Source: Leucoraja ocellata (lineage: Eukaryota). From it: a DNA stretch of 64,000 nucleotides. The translations under genes and the position numbers were made by a program. The notes under the pieces are model-generated. The model was given only the letters and a program-made list of their open reading frames with translations, searched no databases and was not told where the DNA came from. Location: NCBI GenBank assembly GCA_036785375.1, contig JAWMAR010000003.1:14384001-14448000 (forward strand), written 5' to 3'. Of the stretch, positions 24,745 to 37,435 are shown one piece after another (positions within the stretch are counted from its first letter, which is position 1; every line of letters starts with the position of its first letter).

Positions 24745-26200
24745 CCCTTAATTTTGAAAGAGCTGGTATTAGAGATGATGGATGCTCTGGTTATCATTTT
24801 CCAAAGTTCTGTAGATTCAGAAGTTGCTCCTGTCAATTAGAGGGGGAGAAATTGTGACCCCACTATTTAAGAAAGGGGAAGAGAATAGAGAACTACTAGC
24901 AGCAAAATTGCCAGAATCTGCAATGTAGGATGGAATTTTAAAAAAACGTGAAAAAAATAATAGGATCATGCAATCAATATGGATTTATAAAGTAACAATT
25001 GTTTTGGCTAATCTGTTAAGAGTTTCTTTGAGGATGTCTCTAATGGAATAAGTAATGGGGAAACTCAGCAGGACAGGTAACATCTCTGGATCTCTGGTGA
25101 TGTTTCGGGTCGAGACCCTTCTTTAGACGTGGAAACCCATGGATGTCGGGTATTTGGATTTTCTGCAGGTATACTGACATGGAAAGAGAAGTAGTCATCA
25201 GGCATGAAAGAGAGCAAACATACAAATCTTTCTCAGATTGGCCAGCAACGACTAGTGGGTTATCACGACTGATGCTTGGGCCCAGCTTCCTGTGATATAC
25301 TGTGATATATTATCAACACCTTGGCTGAGGGAAATAAATGGTGTATTTCCAAATTTGCTGATGATAGTAACCAAGGTAGGAAAGTAGTATGTGTCAAAGG
25401 ATGAGAGAATGGATAGTGCCGATGTTTACATGGACCTCTGTGTGCTTGTACATCACTATGCTGAGGCAGCAGGCAATTAGGAGGGTGAATAGCAATCAGA
25501 AACTTTATAGGAAGAGGGGTCAAGGAACTACAAATGCATGGAATCCTGAGCAGCAAATAAACTGCGGAAATCTGTGGGTTAGGCAGCATCTGTGGAGGAA
25601 ATGAGCAGGCGATGTTTTTGGATGGGACCATTCTTCAGACAGAAAGATTTGATTACACACATAAAGATGTTGTATTCCAATTGCATTGAGTCTTGGTGAT
25701 TCTAAACCAGGAATATTGTGTACAGTTCTTACCTTCTAGTCAAGAAATGGTGCATTTTACAGAGGAAGTGCAGGAAAGTTTCATTATACTGCTTCCAGGA
25801 ATTATGCATTTTCCCCCAAGAGAGATTATGTAATTGGGTCTGTACTCCAGAATTATGAAGAATGACATTTATATTCATCGATATTTACAAGTTTCTTATA
25901 GAGCTCCATTGGTTAGACAAAACTGCTGGAGAACTTGAAAGTGATAGACAACATTCTGGACGGAAAACTAAGCTTGGACCAGGATAGAGAATTCCAAAGG
26001 TGCACCACTATTGCACCAAACCTGGAGTCTCAGTAATTGTGTAAAAATGGATTATTAGATTTGTCAAGGGATATTGGAATGTCAAGGGATATTGAAATGG
26101 GCTGGAAAACATCAGGTAAAAAGATCAGCCAAGATTCTGATCATGGCAGAGAAGGCTCAAACGGCTGGATAGCCAACTCTTGCTTCTAGTTATGATCCTA
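24745..26200 (+). mobile_element. Highly decayed CR1 LINE with Penelope-end insertions
   Basis: Degenerate CR1 landmarks (aatgtgaccccactatttaagaaaggg, tccaaatttgctgatga, gaatattgtgtacagtt). Confidence 0.6.
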
Positions 26201-26285
26201 ACACACCCAAATCCTCAGGATACATAAGTTAAAGTAGCTATTATATTCTCAAAACATTGTTTTAAACTTTAGAAAATATGCCTAC

Positions 26286-26415
26286 CTCAAAGAATTTCTG
26301 TATTACATAATTTCCAAACACATCAGTCATCAGTTGATAAGCAGCTTGCAGGATCTCACTAAAAACCATCTGACGTTCTGCAGGCGTAGCTCGTTCTAAT
26401 TTTTGCTGGATGAAT
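26286..26415 (-). CDS. PUM2: PUM2 coding exon (130 nt; PUF repeats 1-2)
   Basis: [43 protein letters not shown]; ag/gt flanks. Confidence 0.97.
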
Positions 26416-27126
26416 CTGTCAGACACCCCCAAATAAAAAATGTAATTGGCTAAATGCTAGAACCATTTAAAAATCAATTTTTCCTCAAAACATTTCATCA
26501 AGTAAAATTCTTTACAAAACTGATATTCAGGTTAACGAACTGCAGATGCTGGTTTAAATCGAGGGTAGACACAAAATGCTGGAGTAACTAGCGGGACAGG
26601 CAGCATCTCTGGAAAGCAGGAATGGGTCTGAAGAAGGGTCTCGATCCAAAACGTCACCCATGCCTTCTCTCCAGAGATGCTGCCTGTCCCACTGAGTTAT
26701 TCCAGCATTTTGTGTCTACACTCGGGTTAATTGCCTACTGAAGCCCACATCTTTTTGCTGTCAAAGCTGAGATGCCATTTTAAAAAGACATGGTCTTATC
26801 ATGAAATGTCAGAAATCTTCCTCCATCATGGCGGTAAGGGGATGTCTCAGAAATACAAAATATGTATAGCTCCAGCACCATCTAAACAGAACACAGATGC
26901 CAAGACACACAAATTACAGCAGTTGCACAAATTTAAAAAAAAAGACAAATCTGAAAATGGTGCATAAAAAGGGGAGACTACAGTCTATTTGGGGCAGTAA
27001 ATAGTTACCCAACAAGTTTTCTTTTTACATAGCAAGTAGTTAGGATCTGGAATACACTGGCAGCACCAGTAATGGATTGTGATTCAAGTTAGCATTCAAA
27101 GTGAATTGACTAAATATCCATAGTAA

Positions 27127-27346
27127 TGGGCCTTTTCCACGGCGATTTTTTCGGCGACCTACCGACATCATTGACTGGCGTATCAGGTCATCGTAAAATT
27201 TGCGGCGTGACGACATACAAAGCTTGGTGTTTTTTCAAGTGTCGCAACATTTGTCACCGCTGGATTTTGAAATGTGCAAAATCTTTTGGCGACACTGATA
27301 TGACGCTGGCAGTCGCCAAAAAAAATCGCCATGTGGGACAGTCCCT
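27127..27346. mobile_element. Harbinger-type MITE
   Basis: TAA|tgggccttttccac...gtgggacagtccct|TAA. Confidence 0.75.
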
Positions 27347-27482
27347 TAAGTTTTAAGGCTAAGGGAAGATGGCAAGAAAGTGGGATCAGCATGGTTACTC
27401 TTACACACAAACGGGTGATCACAACAGGTTGAAAGGCCTCCTCCCTCTGTGCCTTAACTGCTGTGATTCCTTTGACAACACT

Positions 27483-28170
27483 AAACATAGAAAATACGTG
27501 CAGAAGTAGGCCATTCGGTCCTTCGAGGCAGCATCGCCATTCAATGTGATCATGGCTGATCGTCCAAAATCAGTACCTCGTTCTGCCTTTTTCTCCATAT
27601 CCCTTGATTCCCTTAGCCCTAAGAGCTAAATCTAACTCTCTTGAAAACATCCAATGAATTTTCCTCCAACGCCTTCTGTGGCAGAGAATTCCACAGATTC
27701 ATAACCCTCGGGGTGAAAAAGTTTTTCCTCATCTCATTCCTAAATGGCCTACCCCTTATTCTTAAACTGTGACACCTGGTTCTGGACTCCCCCAACATCG
27801 GGAACATTTGTCCCGCCTCTATCTTGTCCAATCCTCTAAGAATTTTATATGTTTCTATAAGATCCCCTCTCATCCTACTAAATTCCTGCGAATACAGGCC
27901 CAGTAGACTCATTCTTTCATCGTACGTCAGTCCCGCCAACCCGGGAATTAACCTGGTGAACCTACGCGGCACTCCCTCAATAGCAATAATGTCCTTCCTC
28001 AAATTAGGAGACCAAAATTGAACAGAATACTTCAGGTGCGGTCTCGCCAGGGCCTGTACAACTGCATTCCTTGCTCCTAAACTCAAATCTTCTCGCAATG
28101 AAGGCCAACGTGCCGTGCCATTGGCTTTCTTCAATGTCTGCTGTACCTGCATGTTTACATTCAATGACTG
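27483..28170 (-). mobile_element. CR1 LINE 3' fragment
   Basis: RPHLKYSVQFWSP...RMRGDLIETYKI; catagaaa tail. Confidence 0.9.
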
Positions 28171-28292
28171 TACTAAATTTGTACAAATAAATATTGTTCC
28201 ACATTGTTAATCAATACCATGAAATCAATATTATTAAACTTGAAAACATATGTCCACTTAAAAAAATCAAAAGAATAGTCTGCAGATTTTAC

Positions 28293-28560
28293 CTAGACCC
28301 ATGTTGGTCCTGGGAGAATTCAACTATGTGACCGACCAGATCACGTAGTTGAAGATTAGGGAAACGGTTATTTCGGAAGTCCTCCAACAGCCTACTACGA
28401 CCCGAAGGCATGATATCAGATCTGCTGTATCGAAGACGTGAGGGAGGGAACAGTTGACTGCTAGAGCTGAACAGACTTGTTGAACCAGTTCCACTACGAC
28501 TTTTAGCTTCGGCACCAGGTGCTGCAGAAATGAACCGACCACTGCCATTTGTCAGTCCGC
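28293..28560 (-). CDS. PUM2: PUM2 coding exon (268 nt; start of PUM-HD)
   Basis: cag|GC GGA CTG...GGG TCT AG|gtaaaa; [19 protein letters not shown]...[36 protein letters not shown]. Confidence 0.97.
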
Positions 28561-29282
28561 CTGCAGTGAAAATATATGAAGCAACTTACAAGTCTGACCA
28601 TTTTCAATATGACTGATTGGCATGAAAATCCAAGTTTTACAGTAATGGAATCTAAACTTTATCTTAAATTACCACTTTCTTCTATTTCAAAAATGTTGTA
28701 TACTACCAAAGAACTGATATAAACTCTTTCCCTCCCCTTCCACACACAAAAACAACATTCATGAATTTACTCGATTTAAGATTTATTCTTTATAATTCAT
28801 TATTCAAGATATTCTTGAAGTTAGTGAAATCTAACAGGAACAATCAAAATGGAGCACTAGCAATGCAATAAAATGAACTTTAACTAAACAATATCCCAGA
28901 AATCAGCTGTATTTTTCAATGAATGAAACCCTATCAGAAGTACAAAAGCATTCAATGATAAACACATCAGTCCCGACAGCTGCAGTGCAGATGTGCATAT
29001 CAGGCAAGATTTTGTATCAGTGATTATCTTACCATAACAAAGGAAATAGAGCTTTCTTTTTAAGAAGATATAGTCTCCACACTTCTGCACATTTCATTAG
29101 TGTAGTTAAGGGGCCAGAGATAAACAGCAAAAAAAATGTCACTTTTGATAATCACAGATGGTCATTCTTTTTATTATAAGCAAAAGCCAATAACACCTTT
29201 GGCATATCAGGTGTCTGAAGGATTACTGCATTAAATGATAAGGCACAAAACTAATTTGCAAAAACAGAATTATTAAGACTAA

Positions 29283-29479
29283 TGGGACTGTCCCACTTGA
29301 GTGATTTTTTTGGGCAACTACAGGCGACTGCTGCAAAATTTTCAACATGTTGAAACATTTTCTGCGACAGCGGCGACAATTTTTGTTGTCGTAGGTTGAC
29401 GTAGGTGTTGTCGTATGTTGTTGCCAGGTGAATTCCATTAAAATTAGTCCCTGGCAGTCGCCTAAGTGGGACAGGCCCA
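29283..29479. mobile_element. Harbinger-type MITE
   Basis: TAA|tgggactgtcccactt...aagtgggacaggccca|TAA. Confidence 0.8.
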
Positions 29480-29599
29480 TAAGCTCACCTAGTTTGTAGA
29501 GTAAGCAATGGTCTGTGTAAGACTGAAGAGTTAACAGAAATACAGAAAATTGCACACTAAACCAAATCATTATACATTATGGAATTTTAAAAAACATAC

Positions 29600-29836
29600 C
29601 AAGGTGCAGAGTAGATGACGATCCCTGTGAGGAAAGGGATGGAGGTGGTGTTAAAGAATGACCAGGATTCTGGCTGGGAAGGGGCATGCCAATTGGACCA
29701 GGCGAGGAGGAGAATCCCAAGCTGCTGTAGAATTGCTGTCCTATGGGAGGCAGATTGCTGTTGGGTCGTTTGTATAGATCAGAGCCAGTAGACAATGAAT
29801 CTCTTCTGGATACACTGTTGCTTCCAGAACCGCCAA
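29600..29836 (-). CDS. PUM2: PUM2 coding exon (237 nt, symmetric phase 1-1 cassette candidate)
   Basis: cag|TT GGC GGT...CAC CTT G|gtatgt; [15 protein letters not shown]...[21 protein letters not shown]. Confidence 0.95.
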
Positions 29837-30849
29837 CTGTAAAATTCAGTGTTTTGGATGCAAGATCAATAAAAGCATGTCAATATTTTAGTTATCATTG
29901 ACTATTGAGCTGTAAAAATTATAAACCAACAAAGGATAACTGAGATGATTAACAACTGAATTACTAACTTTGTCTTGGCAATTTTCATGCCATTTCAATT
30001 ATATTTACCGATGACCACAGAAAATAACAGAACTATTTTCAAGAACAAGACAGAGTATACTTTGTGTTCATTTTTTTAAAAAAAGGTTATACTTTAAAGG
30101 AAGAAACATGAGTTTAAGGACAACTACACGAGGGAAAATTTACAGAAAAATATTGACTTTTCTGAACACGCTTCTGAAAGTAGAAAATTGCATTGATACA
30201 AATGGAAATCATGTAAAAATAATCTGATAGATTTAAAATATAGATAAATAAAATGCAACTAATAGCTGCATTTTCAATATGCTTTTAACAAGTACCACAT
30301 TGTTACTTAATTACTTGGGCAAAAAAACACAAAATACATTGTAACCGGCCAAGTTTCAGTAATGAAAATATAATTTAGAAGCATATGAATCTTTAGGACA
30401 ACTAAACATTTGTTAGGTCAGATCTTGCTGGCTAAAACTGCACGTTCCAAAATAAGTCACCTCTTTTTAGTCATCTAAATAGAGGCCTGGAATTTACAGA
30501 CATACACCGTCAATTTCTCAAAAGAATGGAGCATGGGGGTTGGCTTACTTCTTGGATTTCACATCAGGTCAGATATGGCACAGAATTTCAAGGAACTACA
30601 GATGTAGGCTTACAATAAAAAATACAGTACTCAGTGACTCAGCGGGTCAGGCAGCAACCATGGAGAATAATGGATAGATGATGCTTCGGGTCGGGACCCT
30701 TCTTCAGAACTGATAAGTGAATTGATAGTCAATTAAATAGATCAACTTCTGAAAAGCAAAGTGGTCAAAAAATATGTTGAGAAACAAGTGTGGATGGTCT
30801 GGAAGGAAAGGAGGAAAGAAAGTATTTTTGGCTTGCACGAATGCCACAA

Positions 30850-31180
30850 GTCACGGTGGCTCAGCGGTAGAGTTGCTGCCTTACAGCGAATGCAGCGCCG
30901 GGGACCCGGTTTCGATCCCGATTGCGGGTGCTGTCTGTACGGAGTTTGTACGTTCACCCCATGACCTGCGTGGGTTTTCTCCGAGATCTTGGGTTTCCTC
31001 CCACATTTCAAAGACGTACAGGTTTGTAGGTTAATTGGCTTGGTAAAATTAAAAACTGTCCCTAGTGGATGTAGGATAGTGTTAATGTGCGGGGATCGCT
31101 GGTCGGTGCGGACCCAGCGGGCCGGAGGGCCTGTTTCCGCACTGTATCTCTAAAACTAAAACAACTAAAACTAAAACAAA
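30850..31180 (+). mobile_element. tRNA-derived V-SINE (HE1-like)
   Basis: A box tggctcagcgg, B box ggtttcgatccc, core ggagtttgtacgttc...gtgggttttctcc, CR1-like tail and (ctaaaa)n. Confidence 0.85.
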
Positions 31181-32162
31181 AACATCTGAATCTGGTATAA
31201 TTTAAGGGTGCAGAATATATAAGATGCCTGTAAACCTGGTTAAGTCTCTTGATTTAAGACAACCTTCAACAAGGCACATTGTGTTCCTCCATCATTTTCG
31301 TACAAGGTGGTATTGAAAAACACATGATGTTTAATTCTTAACTTTAAATTAGCAAGCCTCAAAGACTTGAATTCTTATTAAAAAAAGGCACAGCTAAAAT
31401 AGTTTCTTTAATCAAAGAAAAGCCATGTCAAAATTTACGCGCAGCTTAGCATTTTTTCCCGGATACCATAAACTCTCATATGGCCCGTATTTATGCACCC
31501 AAATTCTCATGCAACCAGCAAAAATGTCTACAGATTTAAAGCAAATGTGAAATGATATTTTTAGTTGATTATGTTTATACATAATGGCACTGCAAGTGTG
31601 GGCAGAGTAGAAATCGCCATACTGGGAAGATTTGGCATTTTGTGTGAAAGGGAACCTTCATTCATTTTGATTTATTTTTGTTGCATTTTACACCGAATGT
31701 TTAGCCTTAAAATATAGAATTGTAGCGTGCATCATTCATATTTAAAAGGGGGAGGAGATGCAATTTATTTAAAGGTCCAAGCAAAGAATATTAATGTGAG
31801 GTGCGCAGAAATGTTTTCGTTTTAGCAATTTTATGCAACTGGCATCCTTCATTACTCATGGATGCAGGATGGCCGAGAGTTTACTATATGTAGACTTTCC
31901 CTCTGCAGGTGCACACGGAAATAAGATTACATTAAATTGAAATTTGCATGGTTTCTATTACAAATACATTTTCACTTTAAATTAAACTGAAAATTGTTCA
32001 ATTATTACAACGCTCAATTTTTTTAAGCACCATTTTCCAGCAGACTGAATAGATGCCAATTAAAGAAAAAAGGTTTTGTTTAGCTGTGTCTGGCTGATGT
32101 AACTACTGGAACATAGTATTCTTCACTCTATGTAAATGCAAACATACTGATTACTTAGGTAC

Positions 32163-32438
32163 CTGCTGATCCAAATCCTCCAAGTGCTGAGCCAATTGCA
32201 GCACCCAACGAGTTGCTGCTCCCAAAACCAAGTGAAGTGTTGTTTGGTTGGCCTGGCCCATGAGAGAACAATGAACTGCTCTGAGAACTATTTGAAAGGG
32301 AGCTACTGCCATAAAATGAGTTTGACTGCAAGTTGTTACTTTGCTGTTGCTGTTGTTGCTGTGGTTGGTTTCCAATTGGACGGAAGAGGCCATTTGCTGC
32401 TAGGCTGTTTGCTGTTCCATTAGCTGAAGCTGCCACAG
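32163..32438 (-). CDS. PUM2: PUM2 coding exon (276 nt, Ser/Asn/Gln-rich)
   Basis: cag|CT GTG GCA...TCA GCA G|gtacct; [33 protein letters not shown]...[15 protein letters not shown]. Confidence 0.92.
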
Positions 32439-32587
32439 CTGTTTTAAGAACATTGCATTAAAAAAATTAATGCCAAGACAAATAATTTGTTAAAATTGTG
32501 AAAACAATGAAATATCACACAAATTAAAACGGTTCCATTGTAATAGCACATATCAGGCAATTATTTAAAATACCAAATTACATCACC

Positions 32588-33060
32588 AGAAACATAGAAA
32601 ATAGGTGGAGTAGGCCATTTGGCCCTTCGAGCCTGCACCGCCATTCAATATGATCATGGCTGATCATCCAACTCAGTATCCTGTACCTGCTTTCTCTCCA
32701 TACCCCCTGATCCCTTTAGCCACAAGTGCCACATCTAACCCTCTTAAATATAGCCAATGAACTGGCCTCAACTACCTTCTGTGGCAGAGAATTCCAGAGA
32801 TTCACCACTCTCTGTGTGAAAAATGTTTTCCTCATCTCGGTCCTAAAAGATTTCCCCCTTATCCTTAAATTGTGACCCCGTGTTCTGGACTTCCCCAACA
32901 TCGGGAACAATCTTCCTGTCTAGCCTGTCCAACCCCTTAAGAATTTTGTAAGTTTCTATAAGATCCCCCCTCAATCTTCTAAATTCTAGCGAGTACAAAC
33001 CGAGTCTATCCAGTCTTTCTTCATGTGAAAGTCCTGACATCCCAGGAATCAGTCTGGTCA
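32588..33060 (-). mobile_element. CR1 LINE 3' fragment
   Basis: GLYSLEFRRLRGDLIETYKILKG; close to the copy at 6639-7060. Confidence 0.9.
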
Positions 33061-33072
33061 AAAAACGTAGTA

Positions 33073-34083
33073 CAGGTGCACAACCTTTTATCCGGTGTTC
33101 CGGAAACCGAAAAACTCCGAAAACCGGCCATTTTCCCCCAGGATGTCGTCTGCACACCAAAGCTCGCGTTTGGCGCCAAACTTGACTGAAACGACCCACG
33201 GTCAACCCAGGTCTGTACTACTGTCGCGGCTGCCTCCTCCCTGGAGACCGGGGAGACACTTAAACATCTGTAAATCATTGCTTAAATGTTAGTCAGTTAG
33301 TTTGGAGGGCTTTTATGTGAAAGGGAGGGGGGTTAAAGGGGTAAACTTTAATTCTTAGTCCCCTACCTGGTCGGAGAGGCGGGGAGCGGTCAATGCCTTA
33401 CCGGGTCGCCGTGCAGTAAGCTCCGCAGCACTGTGGCCGCCAACTCCCAGCTGGGGCTGCGGGCGGCGCCGGTTGTAGCTCCGACCCCGGCAACTCTACC
33501 CCTGGCTGCGAGGTGCTCCAAATCCACCGCCGCCCGCCCGCAGCCCCAGCTCCGCGAATGTTGGGAGTCGGCGGCGTCGCAGCGCTGGGATACCAGCGGG
33601 GAGCAGGCAATGCCTTACCGGGTCGCCGTGCGGTAAGCTCCGGAGCGCTGTGGCCGCCGACTCCCAACATTCGCGGAGCTGGGACGGCGGGCGTCCGGCC
33701 GTGGGCGGCGCTGGATTTGGAGCGCCTCGCAGCCAGGGGTAGAGTTGCCGGGGTCGGAGCTCCAACCGGCGCCACCCGCGGCCGGACGGAGCCCCCAGCT
33801 CCGCGATGTTGGGAGTCGCAGACCAGGTAGGGGACTAAGAATTAAAGTTTCCCCTTTCACACCCCACCACCACCCCATAAAATCCATCCAAACTAACTGA
33901 CTAACATTTATGCAATGATTCCCCGGTCTCCGGGGAGGAGGCAGCCAGCCGCTCCAGACTTTTCAAGCCGCCCGCGCTACCTACCTAATCTACGCTAAAA
34001 ATCTTCCATTCGGAAATCCGAAAATGTCCGAAATCCGACAAGTGTCTGGTCCCAAGGCTTTCGGATAAAAGGATGTGCACCTG
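33073..34083. mobile_element. Tc1/mariner (pogo/Tigger-type) MITE with nested internal inverted repeats
   Basis: TA|caggtgcacaaccttttatccg...cggataaaaggatgtgcacctg|TA; GC-rich interior. Confidence 0.85.
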
Positions 34084-35819
34084 TAGTGCCATGTGAGGAA
34101 TTATACACTTCCACAGTAAACTAACTTTCACCGAATTTACAGTTAAATTAAAAATCAAAAATGAGCCTAGGAAATTTATTTGGCAATCTCTCCCAAAAGT
34201 AGTTAAAGGTTGGAAGGTGATTAAAATTCTGCAAAACACTCTTCCAATGTGGGCATTTCGGCGAGGATAGTTTCTGTGGAAAATGAAGGGATAGATTAGC
34301 AATTTCCCTTCATTTGGAAGCAATGCGAATTGATATTGTGGTCATACTTGGTTAGCAACAAGGCTAACCAAGTATGACCACAAAATTATCTCGAGGCAAC
34401 AGCAAAGTGTCCTAAAGTTTTCCGCACTATGAATAGTCTTTGATAATTTGGACAGGGTTCGAAAAGCAAAACAAATATATTGGGAAATAGGTTTTGAACT
34501 ATAAGAAATTGAAACGACATATTTTTTTAAATAGTATGGTTGTGCCACTTAATTTAGATCAGTGAGGTACATTAAATCAGCCTTGATAAAATCCAGACAA
34601 AAGAAGAACTTGCACCACACCCAAAAGTGAATTGTGCAGAGCAAACTAAACACACCAATCCTTTGTCCATATCTTGGTCAAACAATATTGGTAATTTCCC
34701 ACCCCCCCACCGCTTTCAACACAGAGATAGCTAGGCAGAAAAGTTAATGTTAACACTAGTCTTTTAAAAATAGCGTTTTTAATTTTTCTTTTACAAATTA
34801 CATCTGGCTAAAGATATGTTAAAATTAAGTTGTTTGCCTGTGTATTAAACATCTTTCAAACTATGATGAAAGTTTGTACAATGTCAACAGACAAGGTGGA
34901 ACAATGCGAACAATGGATATAGGCAAACAAATGTGGCTAAAGTGATCAGCCTGCCTTCCCTCAGCTATAGCTCAAGAATACAGAACAATTAGATTGTTGC
35001 ACAAAGGGACACAGTGGAAGGGATAGCATGAGTCATTATCTTTCATGTTCTAACCCAAGGATGATTTTTTGAAAATTCTCTTTATTGTGAAATAAAACAA
35101 TTTGACAAAATGCCCCAAGCCACATTTCATCTCATCTTAATTTCTTCTGGGAAATACAAGAAATGTGCAAAACACAATTGTTTATGGTTCAGGTCATGAA
35201 GCAAACTCCCTCAGAAATTCAAGTAGAATAGATTACTTTATCAAATTTCAATAAAAGTAAAAGTCCCAGATTGATTTTTGGATATGCCGATCCCTTGCAC
35301 AAAAACAAAATCTATGACAAACCTGAATCTCGTTACCTTAATATATACAATGACATGCAACCAAATATTCAATGGAAACATGCCCTTCTTAAAACTTGTT
35401 TATGGAAACTAAGCAGGCTTAAATACAAGTGAAGATGGAAAACAATGGAGTTTAGTTCATCCATTTTAGGCTACAGAAGCATCAAAGGAATTTATGGCCT
35501 ACCTCCAAAAGTGGGCTTCAGTTCTCATTTTATACCTGAATGACTCCAAGCTGCGGCGGCTCGGCTGGACGGGCAGCATCCCCGGAGAAAAGGAATGGGT
35601 GACGTTTTGGGTCGAGATCCTTCTCCGGAGATGTTACCTGGCCCGTCGTAGCGCCCCGTGTGCGTCCGCGCCAGTGGCCAGCGCTCGGCCCCCGCCGCTA
35701 CCAAACCTCTCCTGCCGAGTCACAACATCCTCCATCAAGGAGCATTGGACAGGGAGAGAGGCGCGGCCTGCGGTCCCCGGCCCACCGGGGGACGCCCCCC
35801 TCCCCCGGTGTCAAAGTTT

Positions 35820-36352
35820 GTTTCTTAAAAAGCAGATAGCAACAAAATTGTTAAAGGTAATCCATGGCAATCTTTAATTGATTCGTCAGACGTGAGTGGC
35901 AAAGATCTACAATGAGCACAAACGTTGCTCAGCGCTTCTCGGGCTCCACTCACAGAACAAAGGAATGGTAGCACAATTATAATTTTTTCTTATCAGTAAA
36001 GCACTCCTACCAAGTCTGAATATGGCATGACTGAAGGTTTTTATAGCCTTTCACAATATAGGAAAGCTGGGTTCAAATCAAGCTCATCCAATAACAATTT
36101 ATTACTCATCTCTGGAACGTCAGCTATTTTTTCAATCTTGGCTTCTTTATGGCCTTGAAAGAAGCACATGTTATTACTGCAGGATTCCATCTTAATTTCT
36201 TTATTGAAAAGACAACCTGTCCTCCATATTGTGTTCCATATAATTTAGTCATTCAGTCATGGCACCGAGCCATTCTTTTGTTCTGCTAGACCATGCGTTT
36301 GTAGAAAAATGACCCCATTTTAGATCTGACAATTAGATTTGACTATTAGCTC
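35820..36352 (-). repeat. Direct repeat copy B (gag-like segment of the mosaic)
   Basis: Colinear with 40861-41238 (tttcttaaaaag.agata.caacaaaattg ... gatttgactattagctc); copy A carries internal deletions. Confidence 0.85.
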
Positions 36353-36565
36353 TTTCATTCCCTCATTTTTATCAAACATGATAACATTCACAGTCCTCGG
36401 TAGGTACACACAATGGTCGCAAGTATTAGAACAATGATTAGCCGAATGATATAGCCATAATGTATCACAGTACCCCAACGTCCACCAAACCAAAGTTATG
36501 GCTACCAGTTCAATAGTACCCCAAAGTCCATCAAACCAATGGTATGGCAACCATTTCTCACTCTC
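36353..36565 (-). mobile_element. Retroviral env TM-like fragment (decayed)
   Basis: WFDGLWG / WFGGRWGTVIHYGYIIRLIIVLILATIVC...SCLIK: Trp-rich membrane-proximal region plus hydrophobic anchor. Confidence 0.5.
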
Positions 36566-36569
36566 TTCA

Positions 36570-37273
36570 TTGACAACCATCCTGATGAAGTAGGGTCAAT
36601 GGATCAGGTGCGACCTGTAGGCAGTGTAATCCTTTCAGCCGATATTCTGGTTGTGCCATAAAGTTCTCACCTGTCCGAGGGTGTTGCCAGTCTCTTCGTA
36701 GATCGTTGCACAGGTGAGGTGCTCCCCCCCTCTCATCCTGTGGTGGGGTTTATCACCTTGATCTAGACGCTAGCTTATCCGTAGGTTCTCTTCCCAGTAG
36801 GTTTGGTTGGCCTACTTTCACATCACCACGTAGAAGCAGCTGCTGGACTGGATGCCACAGACAAAGCCAACATAATTATGATCTGTGTTGACATAGAAGG
36901 TGCCACTGAAGTTTATGACGTTGAACTCCTCAAAACCGACAGTAAGGCCAGGGTCAGAGTTGGCGGTCTGAAGTAACTCCCTGCCCTTGTTGCGCACTAC
37001 CCAGTTAGGAACGATCTGCATCGTACCCTTTGGAACTTCCTCAGGTCAGTCTCACTGATGGGGCTGTTCTCTGGGCATACGTCATGGATATCTGGGATGT
37101 TGTTGTCAAAGTCGTCCTTGTTGGCACCTCCTTTGCTGTCACCATTGACATCTGGTCAGGGTTGGGAACAAAACGGCAATTGACTTCTCATCAGAAACGC
37201 CATCACTGCCATCCTCATCACACTGATTACCCACCAGGTCTGAGTCATTGTCTTCCTGGATAGGGTTATGCAT
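36570..37273 (-). pseudogene. THBS2: Intronless thrombospondin-2-like fragment (type 3 repeats + C-terminal domain)
   Basis: [74 protein letters not shown]...[37 protein letters not shown]; stops and frameshifts. Confidence 0.88.
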
Positions 37274-37275
37274 AG

Positions 37276-37435
37276 TCTCTTTCAAGATGATCTGTTTTAA
37301 AATGTTCAGCTTCTCCCCGTCTAGACCCTTGGTCATACGGTAGAGCTCAAAATGCTTCAAAATTGTTGATCAAATGTGGTTTGTCTTTCTGAAGTTGTGA
37401 CCAAAGGCTTTGCACTACCTCATGATCTGTAAAGA
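37276..37435 (-). pseudogene. Probable RAB44/CRACR2 (EF-hand/coiled-coil Rab) family fragment
   Basis: With frameshifts reads FTDHEVVQSLWSQLQK/KPHLINNFEAF/LYRMTK, like the LW.QL....P.L..N...FL..M motif of the family. Confidence 0.5.

Noticed and set aside
30850-30925. tRNA gene
   Set aside because: A/B boxes continue into a V-SINE core and LINE-like tail; it is a SINE head with no intact cloverleaf.
32340-32365. Unusual polyQ expansion
   Set aside because: Only seven mixed CAA/CAG codons, ordinary for the PUM2 low-complexity region.
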